A stretch of DNA of 64,000 nucleotides, from assembly GCF_030684315.1 (NCBI RefSeq), contig NC_081376.1:34439608-34503607 (forward strand), in the 5' to 3' direction. The notes under the pieces are model-generated. The model ran no database searches. It was not told where the DNA came from and saw nothing but the letters and a program-made list of their open reading frames with translations. This DNA comes from Stegostoma tigrinum. Taxonomy: Eukaryota. Numbering within the stretch: the first letter of the stretch is position 1; each line of letters starts with the position of its first letter. Positions 1 through 12,967 of this stretch are shown piece by piece. The position numbers were made by a program, and so were the translations under genes.

Positions 1-3000
1 AAACCCTTCTTCAGTTCTCAAAGACGTCCCTTTTTAGGACAGATTAAAATAAAGTTGTTTCTAGGGTTGGACTCTGGAATTTTGCAAAAGAGGTATGACT
101 TTTAATCGATCGCAGACTTTGTTTAAATTTCGATTTTTAAAATGACAAGGGAGTCTAGGGTTATGGAATACCAACAAGAAAGTGAAGCTGAGACCTCTAC
201 CAGATAAGCTGTGATTTTATTAAATAGTGGAGCAGACGCTGAGCTAAATGGCGTACTCCTGCTCCTGTGTTCTACATGAGACCTAGTGTTGGCCAAGAAG
301 CACAGGGTGGCAAATGGATGAGAGCTGATGACAAGCAGGTATGACAATTCAAACAGGCAGCAGCATTTTGTTTCAACCTTTGTACAAAAGCTTGTGCATT
401 TATTCAGGTAGCTTTGTGTGAGTAAGTTAACTTTTCAATATTTTTAGTAAAATATATCTGGAGTGGAGGAGTTTTGATTTGCAAATTAGCCAAAATAAGT
501 TAACCATGGACTAAAAAACTGAAGGAACCATGGATGCTGTAAATCAGGAACAAAAACAAGTTGCTAGAAAAGCTCAGCAGGTCTGGCAGCACTGAAGAAA
601 AATCAGCGTTGATGGTTCAGACCTGAGGAAGGGTCACCGGTCCTGAGACATTAGCATCTATGAAGAAAACTGAGTTGCCAGACCTGCTGAGTTTCAGCAA
701 CTTCTGTTTTTGTTCCTAAGTTAAACTTGGAATTGTCTGGTGTGTACTACAGACAAGAAAAATTCTCCAAAGATGAGCTGGGCATTTTTTTTTGCCCCCA
801 TAACAATTTCTTTGTGAAAGAATATTGCAGTTTATTGATATCACAAGAAGTATCTCCAATAAAATGTTTACATAACTTTTGTAAATAGTATTAATTAATC
901 TGTTTACATTTTGCAAAAATAGCATAACCGTGGATGCTGGAAGTCAAAAAAACAAAATACATACCAGGTCTAGGTGAGCATTTTAATCTTTTAATACTCC
1001 TAGTTGTCCAGCAGAGGGACAGCCCTCCACTGAAAGGAGCTTCAGCTTTGGACTCGTCGAGTCTCTGCAATAGCATTTTACCATAGTTCCAAGATAACTA
1101 AAATGTCTGATACCATTTCTCTCGCTAACGTCTGAAGGAGGACGGAGGCTCCGAAAGTTTGTATTTTCAAGTAAACCTGTTGTGTGATTTCTGACTTTGT
1201 CCACCCCAGTCCAACACCCTCCGTATCACGACTAAATTTTATGATAACGGCTTTGAGATTGGAGCCGTGTAATCAACTCTACAGCGTGCGTTTTTGTTCT
1301 GCAACGTCAACCGGTTATCAAATACAGTCATTAATGTACCTCCTCTTCCTGAAAGCTTACAAGCTGCTTGTCTCCAAAGGTTCCAGTTTCTCTGCATCGA
1401 AAACGCGACGGAATGTTTTTAACAGCCAAAAAGCCCAAAGAAAGATTACTCGGCAGCGTTTGGGACACTTCTTTTTCGGATGCAGAGAAACATCGATCCG
1501 GAACCTCGCTGAATCCTATTTTCCACTTCAAGAAGATATTCCCGAAGAAATTTCTGGCTCACCCTCCCTCCACCCCCGAAGATTTTTTTAAGGAATTGGC
1601 CAGAAATCACGTATACTTGCTGCCTCTCAAACAGCAGGGAGAGCGAGGCCTGCACTGAACTGACGACTTTGTGCCTGGCTCAGCATCAGATACTCAAATG
1701 TATCTTTCCCGCTTCCTTACAAAAGATGGCTGCTTCGCGCAGCTTGTAAAGCGAGCATTCCCCATTTATATGCCTGCACTGTAGTTTTATTAGTGGGTTC
1801 TACTGGGCTAACCACGATGTGGTTACAGGCTTTAGCTAATTGCACAATGATCATCTGTCTAATTATGCTATTTTGTAGATAAAAGTTATCCGCAAGTCCC
1901 ATTTCATCGTCTACAGCCGAGTTCTATTTTTACAATAGTCCCTGTTGTGTCCACGAGCTACACGTAGCCATTTTGCGCGTTCAAGTATACCGGCTGTCAG
2001 TAACAACACCTCATTAAACTTGCCCCTTTCAGCCCTGCAAATGTGTTCAGGTAGTTAATTATCTGTTGAAGACGTGAAGGTAGCCGCTAGCCGCCCCTTG
2101 AGTAATGCATCCAGATCTTCACTATTCGGTTGTGTAAAATAAATGTTGCCCTAAATTGGCATCCTCTGGTTCTTGATCCTTTCACATTTTCACGTTTGCA
2201 CAGACCCCTTTACGGTGATAAACCACCGCCGTCCGTGTTGGTTGACCTAGTGACAATGAAGGAATGTTGATTTGTTTTCAAGTTAGAAGCTTGTATGACT
2301 GGGAGAGGAAGGAGGAGGATATGTGTGCAATTGAGTCCATTTTTAGCACCTTCAGTACAGCGGTAGAGTGACAGGGTGTGGGAAGGGTTACTCTTCATGA
2401 AACTGGTTTAGTTGTAACTTTAATTGCTAGAATCCATGGGCCAAGACAGTGCGAAAGCCATGTCATCAGGAGCGTCTAGGTATCAACAGCGACCACACAT
2501 TCCAGTCAACAATCCCCTCAGCATTGACCATGTCAAGCCACTTAAGAATTCTATATGTTTCAATGAGATCACCTCTTGTTCTGAACTCAAGGTATAGACA
2601 ACACAGCCAGAAGCATAACTTCAGCCAAACTTTCAGAAATAAAAGGCTTCTGAACTTCTAAGCTCAATGAACCATTTAGTTTCCTTTTAACATTTTTAAT
2701 AGAGTAGTTTTAATTCCAAAAGAAAGTGAATGCTTCAATCCACTCTTTCCTAACATTAAAAATTAATTGTCAACCTGTGGATCTCCATATGTACATCAGG
2801 CATATGAGAAAACTTTGTTGTCACTGAGTGCAAGTTAAACTCAGGTCATTGCACACCATTACAAGATTCTTATCTCTATGCAAAACAGCCAGTTAGCAAA
2901 TACTATTTTCAGGTAATATAGATGATCTGACTTGGTTCTAAGACAACAAAGTCAGTAAAATTCACATGGCTTGGTCATTTTCACCCAAATCAAAAACAAG

Positions 3001-3315
3001 AATGAAGGATGACAGGGTCAAGCAAATATTACCAAAGTAACATAATTTTGGTAATAATCTAAAAAATACTCAGTACCTTTTGTTTTAGAAGCTCAGTTAT
3101 AAAGCCTTAGTCAAACTGCACAATGCTGTACTTATGCTTTTTGATTACTTTCTAAATTCAAAGGGTTGCACTAAGCAGGTTTAATGAGCTTACCACCATG
3201 GTGGAATATTAAACTACTTTTATATGCAGAGTAACACTCTTCCGATCCCTGTGGTATTTCCTAAACTGATTCTGTTAGGCTCCAGGCTTATGCCACAAAA
3301 CAGTTACTTACTAAT

Positions 3316-3499
3316 AGGATCACAGCAGGCCAGGCAGCATCAGAGGAGCAGGAAAGCTGACATTTTGGGTTGGGATCCTTCTTGGTCCTGATCCAAAATG
3401 TAAGCTTTCTTGCTCCTCTGATGCTGCCTGGCCTGCTGTGTTCCTCCAGCTCCACACTGTTATCTCTGACTCCAGCATCAGCAGTTCTTGCTATCTCTG
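3316..3499 (+). mobile_element. Foldback short retroelement with 14-bp TSD
   Basis: Internal inverted repeat; TSD agttacttactaat at 3302-3315 and 3500-3513. Confidence 0.75.
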
Positions 3500-4029
3500 A
3501 GTTACTTACTAATGTTTTAAAGCTGTACTAATCCAAATATATTTTCTCAGTCTTAAAATAATTAATGTAATAAATGTCTTGATGGCATTCAGAAGATGTA
3601 AACATATCATCAAAATGACAATGTATTGACATCAATTTATCATGCCATTAAATGTTTGGTTGCAAGTTTGAAAACTTAAGTCGTTGCAATGATACTGAAA
3701 AGGCCTTTTGGATCATTGTGCCTGCACCAGCTCATTAAACAAGCCCCATTACTACATGCCAATCTCCTGCTTCTTTTTACCCCAAACCTTGCTTGTTATT
3801 TTTATTCAAGTAATCGTCCGATGTTCTCTTGAATGCCTCAACTGAACCTGCCTCCACAACAACTCTAGGCAGTGCATTCCATACCCTAACTGCTCACTGT
3901 GTGAAGACATTTTTCCTCATTTTGCTCTTCCCTGTTCCTTTTACAAGAGGGAACACTTTCTCCCTATTTACTCTACCCAGCCCAGTCATGATTATGGCAA
4001 CTTCTATCTTAGCTTTCTTCTTTTGTGGA

Positions 4030-4960
4030 AACATAAAAACAGAGCAGAAATAGGCCATTTAGCTCTTCAATCCTGCTTGGCTATTCAATATGATCAGGTC
4101 TGATCATCCAACTTTGTCCCTGATTCCACTTTATCCCTAATCCTTTGATCTTTTTAGCCCTAATAACTATGTCTAATTTCTTCTTAAAAACCTTCAGTAT
4201 TTTGGCCTCAACCACATCAACAGAAGAGAATTCCGCAGTCCTACCACACTCTGGGTGAAGAAATTTCTCCTTATTTCAGTCCTAATTGGCTTACCCTGTA
4301 TCCTTAGACAGTGACTGCAGGTTCTAGGTTCAGTGGTCAGCAGCAACATCTTTCCTGCATTTACCCCCTCTGGGTCTTTTGGAATTTTATGGGTTTCTTG
4401 AAATCTTCCTTCATTTTTTCTAAACTCCAGTGAATACAGCCCGAACCTATCCAGCCTGTCTTCATACTTCAGACATGCCATCCCAGGAATCAGTCTGATA
4501 AACCTTTGTTGCTTTCTCTCCATAGGCAGAACATCCTTCCTCGGGTAAGGAGGGAAAAATTACAACCAGTACTCCAGGTTTTGGCCTCATCAAGACCCTA
4601 TACAATTGCAACAAATCATCCTGCTCTTGTACTTGAATCATTTTGCAATGAAGGCCAACATACCATTTACTTTCCTCACCATCTCTGCACCTGCATGCCT
4701 ACTTTCAGCGACTGGTATACAAGGACACTGAGGTCTTGTAACATTCAGATAATAATCCACCTTCCCGTTTTTGTTACCAAAGTTGATTAACTCACATTTA
4801 TCCACACTTTACTCCAATTGCCGTGCATTTGCCTACTCACTCAACCTGTCCAAATTGCACTGAAGCATCTCTGCATCCTCCTCACAGTTCACCCTCCCAC
4901 CCAGTTTTTGTCATCTGGAAACTTGGAGACGTTATATTTAGCTCCCTCATCTAATCATTA
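4030..4960 (-). mobile_element. Decayed CR1-type LINE 3' part
   Basis: Minus-strand peptide QRFIRLIPGM...RRNFFTQ. Confidence 0.85.
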
Positions 4961-6089
4961 ATTAAGTTCCCCAAGGTGAACAGTTCTAATTTCTTCACTC
5001 TATTCCTGCAACTGTAATCCCATCACTTTGCAGAAAAATAGAAACAAAAGATATCATTGAGCAACATGAAGAAATATGAAGAGGCAGCAAGGTAAATGGA
5101 GAGAATTCCAATAGTTCAGAACGAAGCGAATGAGGCAGAGCTTCCGAAGGTGGAGTGATTAAAATTACGGTATGTAAGAGCCCTGAAATAAGATGAACAC
5201 ACGTATCTCAGAGTGTTGTGAGCAAGAGAAATGAAGGTCACAGACATGGAAGGATTGGTAAACAGGGGCAAGAATTTTAAAATCAAGTTGCTCTGTAACT
5301 GGCTGCAAATGTAGGTCAATGAGCACGGTACAAGATTTGAAAGGAACACAGTGCGAGTTAGGTTAGACTTTTTGGTTGATCTCAAGCTTACTAAGAGTAA
5401 AGTGTGGGAATAATCAAATGTGGAGGTAATGAAGGCAGTGCTGATGTGGATGTGTGGTTGAAAGGACGTTTTCAATGAACCGTGACACCAAATTTGTGAC
5501 AGTCTGGTCTGGGGTCAGACAGTTACCACAGCGAGGGGTAGAATCATTTGAAAAAAAAACACAGAAAATGCTGGGACAACTTAGTTCTGGCAGCACCAGT
5601 GGAGAGAGAAACAATCTAATGTTTTGAATCCAGTGTGACTTCTTCAGCAGAGGGATGCAGCCTGTAGATATGGTACACAGTTTGGAATGAAAATTTTAAA
5701 AATAGTGGCTTCAGACTGGACAATATTTAATTGGCAGAAATTTCTGCTCATCCAGTTTTGGATGTTGGATATGTGCAATCTGATTTAATGTCTGAGACCA
5801 GCTGGACAAGTTGAGGTTTGCATGTTATTAGCCTACAGATGATGGGCAGAAAGGCAGCATTTAGGTGAGAACACAGTAGGAGAAGGAGTATGGAGGTGGT
5901 GGGTTTGACCCGTGAATTTGTTGGACGACGAAGAAGAACCAAGCCTCTCTGGCTATGGTTAGAGAATGGAATGAAGAATGGAGTTTTTTTTTTAAAAAAT
6001 CCTTCCAAGTTTTTGTGTGTTGCTTTGATACTGTTATTTTTAATATGAGGTGAAAGGTGACATCATTCTGCCCAAACTAGGGGGTACGA

Positions 6090-6460
6090 TTAAGCATTGG
6101 AGGCGGAACCTTTGAGCAGCGTGTTGTTTGCAGGAGGGGGGTTTGTTGAGGGCGGGTCTCTGCCGGACTCACTCGCTGATGGCGGCGCCTGGTGCTTGTC
6201 TCCCGGTTCGGGCTCCGCCTCCGGAGACTGTCAGTAGCTGGGTGGCCTGAAGGCGGGGGGAGAGGGAGGTAGCTAGCTGGAGAAAGATGCCGGGGCTGGT
6301 GGTGTTCGGGAGGCGCTGGTCCCTGGCGAGCGACGACCTGGTGTTTCCCGGGGCCTTCGAGCTGCTCCTGCGGGTTTTGTGGTGAGTAAGGGTCCCTCCC
6401 CCCCCCCCCCGGACCCCCATCCCTTGGCGCGGCGGCTCCTTCACTTCCAGCCTGAGGACC
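6090..6460 (+). promoter_or_regulatory. DAGLB CpG-island promoter / 5' UTR
   Basis: GC/CpG-rich; GC boxes (GGGCGG, GGAGGCGG) upstream of exon 1. Confidence 0.7.
6287..6381 (+). CDS. DAGLB: DAGLB exon 1
   Basis: ATG 6287, [31 protein letters not shown](W), donor gtgagt at 6382. Confidence 0.96.
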
Positions 6461-7106
6461 GTTTGTAGGTAGTCAGGGCAGGAGGCTGGAGGAATACAGC
6501 AAGCCAGGAGGAAAGGAGAAGTCGACGTTTCGGTTATTACCCTGCTTCAATACCTGAAGCGCTGACTGCTGTATTCTTCCAGACTCCTGCCTGTCTACCT
6601 TGGATTCCGGCCTCTGCAGGTTTTTTCTTTAAAACGGTCTTTGAAGGCTACTTCTACCTTTTTATTTAGGTCAAATTGTGACCTGGAGATCGCTCAGTCT
6701 TCAGAGAATGAAAATCTCAACGGGATTTACTGGCAGGGCCGCCCTTTTTGAGTTTGTAATATTGCAGTGTGGGGCAACGCGTATTACCCAATCCAGGAGT
6801 GTTATGAAGGGTTGACAGTTTCCAGCAGGGAACCAACACAATTGAAAACCATCATAACTCATAATGCATCTAGCGGATGAGAGGCAACCCAGTAACTTGC
6901 GTTTACCTAGCACCTTTAAATGTCTCGAAGTGTATTACAGCAGAGTTGTAAAGCAAAAAGTATTAGAAAGATTGGAACGTGAGAGTTAAAACTTTGTCGA
7001 AAAGGAAAGATTTGAAGGCTGTTTTAAAGACTGCGGAAGAAGTAAAACAGTTTTAAAACAGATTTAGGGAGCCACTTCCAGTCCCTGGGACTTAGGCTAC
7101 TAATGG

Positions 7107-7180
7107 CTCTGGTCCCTGGCTAGTGATGACATGGTGTTTTCCAGGGCCTTTGAGCTGCTGCTGCGGGTTTTGTGGTGAGT
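7107..7180 (+). pseudogene. Partial duplicate of DAGLB exon 1 with intact donor
   Basis: [22 protein letters not shown](W)|gtgagt versus [22 protein letters not shown](W)|gtgagt in exon 1. Confidence 0.9.
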
Positions 7181-8574
7181 GGTTGGAAGTAGAGGATGCA
7201 TGGGAAATCAGACGTAGCTGGGTTTCATGAACTACAGTTTGGCAATTTCTTACTCAAGTCTGAGTTTTTAATTTCAGATGAAAAGTTGCAAGCCCGTATG
7301 ATAGACAAAATGTAGCTTTTTGCAGATGCTAATTTTGCAAAATTCCTTTAAAAATTGGAAACACAATTTGTGGCAAATGTCTTTTTAAGAAAGTGCTGGC
7401 TTTTTCTCAGAACGATCTTGCACTAGGTGTATTTCGAGCTTTTTGTGCAGTCTTCCGTTTTGTTGCATGCATGATCAATGCTCAAATTCCACATCTGGTT
7501 GAGAAGAACTAACTGGCCACCTGACTTTGATATGCAAGTCAGGGCTGAAATGTTATGAAATAAAACAACAAATGTTGGAGACACAATGGATCAGACAGCA
7601 TCTATGGAAAGAGAGCAAGCTAACGTTTTGAGTCAAGATGACTCTTCATCGGGACTCTTTGTTTCCAGTGTAGATTCCAGCATCTGCAATGAGTTGCTCC
7701 TGCTCTTAATGTTATAAAGCCTTTTTGTCAACAGTGTAGGACCAAGTTCTGAATTACCTGTGGATCATACAAAGACCCCTGATCCCTTGGGTCTTGTGAC
7801 AGGTTGTTTAGCATCGTGAATCAGTTAACAATAAGAAATCAACTAGTTTAGTTTCTATAAATGTAGAAAATGTGGATTTTTGTACCTGAACTGGTGTTTA
7901 CAGCATATTCTACTTTGTTGTCAGGTGCATGCTTTAGATAATGCATTGAAAGATCATGTGAACATATGAATTAGAACAGGAATAGGCCACTTGGATTATC
8001 AAGTTTGCTCCAACACTGAGTAAGATCATGGCTGATTTGATCACTCCACATTCCTGCCTTCCCCAATAAGCTTTTCACCCCGTGTTTATTAACAATCTAT
8101 CTACAGCTGCCATAAAAATATTCAGGGACTCTGCTTGCATGACCTGTTGAGAAAAAGTTTGGTGGACATGTGACCCCTCTGAGAGGGGAAAATCTTGCTT
8201 TATGGAAATTGATGTCAAATTTCCCATATTGTAACATCAAGTACTTTCTTTGAAATGTAGTCAGTTTGCTGCATGTACGTTGGGTTATCCTGAGGACAAT
8301 AAAATTGCTCCATAAATGCAACTATTTATTTTGCATTAAAGGTGATAACTGAAATCTGTGTTTTGAGAAGATTTGTAGCTCAGGTTACATCACACTTACA
8401 TCCTGAAATCTCCGTCTTAGTAAACAATATATAAATTGTGCATTCATAGAAGAGGCATCAGTGTTGGCTCCTCTGGGATTGAAAGAAGTATCTTTGGATA
8501 ATGAAACTTCAATAACAGCACTATCATCAAATAAAATTGGCTGTAATCTGCAAAATAATAACAACATGAACTGT

Positions 8575-9495
8575 AAGACATAGGGGCAAAAGTTGGCCAT
8601 TTGGCCTGTAGACTATGCTGTGCCATTCAGTGAGATTATAGCTTATTGGAATTTCCTGCCTTATCTCCTTAACCCTTGATTTCCTAATTGATTAAAAAGC
8701 TTGTATCTCAGCCTTGAATATACTTAACAACCCATCTTCTGCAATCCTCTGTTGAAAAGAATTCGACTGATTTGATAACCTTAGAAGAAATGCCTTCTCA
8801 TCTCAGTTTTAAATTGGTGAGTGCCTACACTAAGGTTATGCCCTCTAGATCTAGATTGTTCCATAACAGGGAAACAACTTTGCGTCTATCCTGTCATGCC
8901 CCCTGTGAATTTTGTATGTTTAAATAAACTCTCCTCTTATTCATTCAAACTCCAATCGGTGCAGACCCAACTTCTCATAAGAAAATCCCTCCATACCTGG
9001 AAATAACCTAGTGAACCTCTTTGGTCTGTCCCCTGTGTCAGTATCTCACTTCTTAGATAAGGGAACCAGAGCTCTTCGTGGTATTCCAGCTGACTAGTGC
9101 TTTGTATCATTTTAGTAAGGTCTCACTATATTTATGCTCCATTCCATTTGATATAAAGGTCAATATTCTATTTGCCACCACTTTTACCTGCTGAACCTGT
9201 ATGCTAGCTTTTAGAGATTCACATTTGAGGATGTCGAAGTTCTGCTGTGCTGCAGCTTTCAGCAGTCTTTCCCTATTTAAGTTATATTCAGCCCATCTAT
9301 TCTTGCTGCCAAAGTGTGTAACTCAGTTTTTCACATTATTTTCCATTTGCCAAGTTTGCCAACTCACCAAACCTGTCTCTAACCCTATGTAGATCCTTTA
9401 TGTCATCCTGACATGTTGAGTTGCCTTCTATTTTTGTTATGCAATGATACGTTCACTTCCATCATTCATGTCATTTATATATTGTAAGTAGTTGT
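8575..9495 (-). mobile_element. Decayed CR1-type LINE 3' part
   Basis: Similar to the other minus-strand CR1 tails in the window. Confidence 0.7.
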
Positions 9496-10005
9496 GGCCT
9501 CACTGGTTTACTTAACACTCTGGGTCTTCTCTCTCGCTCTCTTGTTTGCTCTCTTCCCCCTCACCCCCTTCCTCCTCTCCATCTCCCCATCTTCCCTACC
9601 TTCCCTTCACACCTCCCCACCTTTCCTTCCACACCTCTCTTCCGCCACTCCTCAAAAACGTTGCAATGGTCTCTGATTTCCAATGATTATTTGGTTCGTT
9701 TGATATGTAACTTCGATGGGGAAATATCCCTGTTGAACGATAACTATTTTTAATCACATGTTCAGACATGTTATGACTTAACTTTGGGACAGGTGGGACT
9801 CAAACCTAAATGGTTTAGTTCAGAGGTAGGGACTGTCATACTGCACCACAAAATTATAATTTTACTCATTTTATTGCAATGGGCCAGTTTAAGCATGTCT
9901 AATGATACTGACTCTGGGTGTGCCTGTTGATACTGACTTGGGGCATGTCTATTGCACTGACATGTTGGAAAGCTGACCAACTTTTTATGCCTTTTTATTT
10001 TGCAG

Positions 10006-10157
10006 GTTCATTGGAATCCTTACTTTGTACCTGACTCATAGAGGACAGTTCAACTGTAAAGGAGGAGGGTTCCTTCCCAGCTATCTTGTGGTCTTGATTG
10101 TTATTTTAGCTGCGATTATCTTAGTTCTTTCCATAATTGTTTATGTCAGTATGCAAG
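10006..10157 (+). CDS. DAGLB: DAGLB exon 2
   Basis: ttttgcag acceptor; FIGILTLYLTHRG...VYVSMQ(G); donor gtgaat. Confidence 0.95.
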
Positions 10158-10327
10158 GTGAATATAAATCTGTTGTACTAAATAATTGTTCAGTCACTTC
10201 TTGGTGGGCGAGACTGCCTTTGTTGCTTGAACTAAAACTGTAAGCTGCAAATTATGTCGTGTCCAAAAACTGATGATAAATTTGTGGTTATCCGCCAAGG
10301 GCAATGTAAAGAATGTTTTTTGTTCCT

Positions 10328-10678
10328 TTATTCATTCATGGAATGAGGTTGTTGCTGGCCAGGCAGCATTTATTGTCCATCCCTAATTGCCCAGAGGGTA
10401 GTTTAGAGTCAACCACATTGTTGTGGGTCTGGAGTCACATTTAGCCCAGACTAGGTAAGGATGGCAGTTTCCTTCCCTAAAGGGTGTTAGTGAACTAGAT
10501 GGGTTTTTCCTACAATTGGCAATCGATTCATGGTCAACATTAGACCCTTAATTCCCGATATTTATTGAAATCAAATTTCACCATCTGCTGAGGCGGGATT
10601 CAAACCCCGGTCCCCAGAACATTATGTGGTCTGTGGACTAACGATCCAGCGATAATATCAATGGGCCATCGCCTCCCG
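10328..10678 (-). mobile_element. tRNA-derived SINE sharing its 3' tail with the second-family LINE
   Basis: B-box-like gggtttgaatccc on the minus strand; related copies at 26332-26640 (+) and 35968-36305 (-). Confidence 0.75.
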
Positions 10679-11823
10679 TATATGCGTGCCTTCACTATAT
10701 GAGCCAAACTCCTAGAATTCCTTCCCTAATATCGCTGTGGTCATCCCGCTTCCAAATGAGCTGCAGCAGTTTAAGAAGGAACTCACCACCACCTTCTCAA
10801 TAGGAATTAGTGCTGTGCTACAAATCCTTACCCAGCCAATGAAGCCCACAACCGCTGAAATAATTAAAACATAATTGAGTTGAGGTTCTGTGTAGAGAGT
10901 TTAAGTGACCATCTAAGTATGCCGTTGGTGACTGGGTGAACAAAGGTTCTCCCTGGTATAGTATTCATAAACATCAGCCAAAAGGTCTGTATTGACTTAG
11001 CAGATTTTTATCATGGAGCAGCAGTGACTCCGAAAAATCTCTGCTTTGTGCATACACCACACCTCCTATGTATGGGGCATACACACAAGTTTTCTTACCC
11101 TTCACTGTTTGCACTTCCATTGTCTTGGCCTTACCCTGAGGACTTCTGTTTTTAAACCTCTCTATCTTCCTTAAAAAATATCTTTGAATCCCATGTCTGG
11201 CCCCCTTTCTTGCTGGTGTTATTGCATGTCCCAAATTATATTAGTGACTGCACTCTAACTGTGAAACTCTTTGAAGGATTTAGAGATCATGAAAGGTGTG
11301 AAATTAATGCCTTTTTATCCTGCTTGTTTATTCTTCCTGGTTGTGACAACTGTTTTAAAATAATATTGCTTTCAAAGCATTTTAGGATGCTTGTTATTGG
11401 ATTGGAGGAGAGAAAAATCCAGCTAGACGTCATACTCGTTTGTTATGCAGTGGGAAAAAGTGGTTGTGATAGTATTTGCATAGCTAGTAGACTTTCTTGT
11501 CAGCTCTCTGAGAGTCCAACGGTTGTCCATTCATTCCAAGCTGACACTCCCAGTGGAGTACTGAGGAAATACTACACTGTCAAAGTTGTCATCTTTAGGA
11601 CAAGCCATTATACTGAGGCCCTGTTTAACTGTCAAGTGGGTATATTAGATATAAATTAGAAAACTATATGCTCAGAGAGGAAATTCAAATTCTCGAATCC
11701 TAAACCCAGCTGATCATAATAACACTATTACCAACATATCCTTCCTTAAAGGTATGACATCTAGCGTGAAAGAAAAACATTGAATTACCAAACTCTGCAC
11801 ACTCTTGGTTTTCTTCTTTACAG

Positions 11824-11998
11824 GAACGATCACCAAGCCAGGTCCAAGACAACATATCCCGGCTCTGATTTATATCCGTACTACTCTTTATATACCTGAA
11901 CTGGTCTGGGCATTCTTGGGTGCTGTCTGGGTCAATGATGAAAGTCAGGGCTGTGCTCCCTCTGTTGTTGCCACAATTACTATAGCTGTCATTGCAAG
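11824..11998 (+). CDS. DAGLB: DAGLB exon 3
   Basis: tttacag acceptor; TITKPGPRQHIPALIYIR...AVIA; donor gtaaga. Confidence 0.95.
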
Positions 11999-12319
11999 GT
12001 AAGAAAGTAATTTCAGCCTATTATAAAAGTTAGCAAATGCTTAGTCTCAATATAATGATTTGTCTAAAATGAGGCACCTCTGACACTGCAGCACTCCCTC
12101 AGTACTGTATTAAGATCGTCAGTCTCAATTTTGTGCTCAAGTTTCAGGAGTTGAACTTGAATCCATGACCTTTAGATTCAGGCAAAAGTGCTATCTGCTG
12201 AGCCACAACTGAACTGTACAATTTAAGGAACAGATCTGGAATCAAGCAGTTCTTGTTTTTACAACAGTCAGGTTTGAGGTTTCATTACTAATCCTGGAAA
12301 AAAAATATCCTTTTCACAG

Positions 12320-12572
12320 TTGGGTTTTCTTATTCTTCACGGTGGTTGCTGTCTTAATTTTCTTCGACCCTCTGGGCAGAGCCAGACATTTAAACTACTT
12401 AGCAAGCACGGCCCGTGACTTGGAGAGCAGTGACTCAGTCCAAGCAAAGTCTATGGCATCACGGGTATGGGAGTGCAGATTGAAGCTGATGTGTTGCTGC
12501 GTTACAAAAGATACAAAAGACAACCGGGCTGCCTTTACAGACATCGCAGAACTCTTCTCTGCCTTTTTTCTC
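12320..12572 (+). CDS. DAGLB: DAGLB exon 4
   Basis: ttcacag acceptor; WVFLFFTVVAVLIFFDPLG...AELFSAFFL; donor gtaagt. Confidence 0.95.
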
Positions 12573-12817
12573 GTAAGTTGATTTTTTAAAAGTTTTTTTT
12601 AAATGGGAAACATGTCAAACCAAATGCCACAGACCATTTTGCTTTTAGTTGACATGGGAGTAAGAAGAAAAGTTTAAAAGTCAGGACTGTTCTTGCAAAT
12701 AGGAGCAATTCATTTGCTAAGTAATTAATACTTCTGAAGACAAGTCTTGATGGATCAGAACCTGTTTCTCTCTACATAGGTGATGAGCTACTGAGTTTCT
12801 CTAGCACTTTTTATAAC

Positions 12818-12967
12818 ATCATCAACCCAAGGAAACCTAAACAGATAAATAAAAAGCAGGACACAACACTAGCGCTTCACCGGAGGCTCACTGATGATGT
12901 TACCTAGAATGGTGACGAAACGTCTGAAAACTAACCTTCCAGCTCAGCGAGCAAACTCACATCCAGA
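12818..12967 (+). mobile_element. 150-bp Penelope-type non-autonomous insert with a minimal hammerhead ribozyme motif
   Basis: 12-bp TSD actttttataac at 12806-12817 and 12968-12979; CTGATGA-stem II-GAAACGTC at 12891-12924. Confidence 0.7.

Noticed and set aside
3302-3513. Long hairpins as miRNA precursors or CRISPR-like repeats
   Set aside because: They are dispersed, TSD-flanked repeat copies with no spacer array, in a vertebrate genome.
1-6000. KDELR2 3' exon expected upstream of DAGLB by synteny
   Set aside because: No LKGKKLSLPA-like coding sequence seen.
9510-9655. Pyrimidine-rich tract and its ORF (9494-9676)
   Set aside because: Low-complexity intronic sequence.
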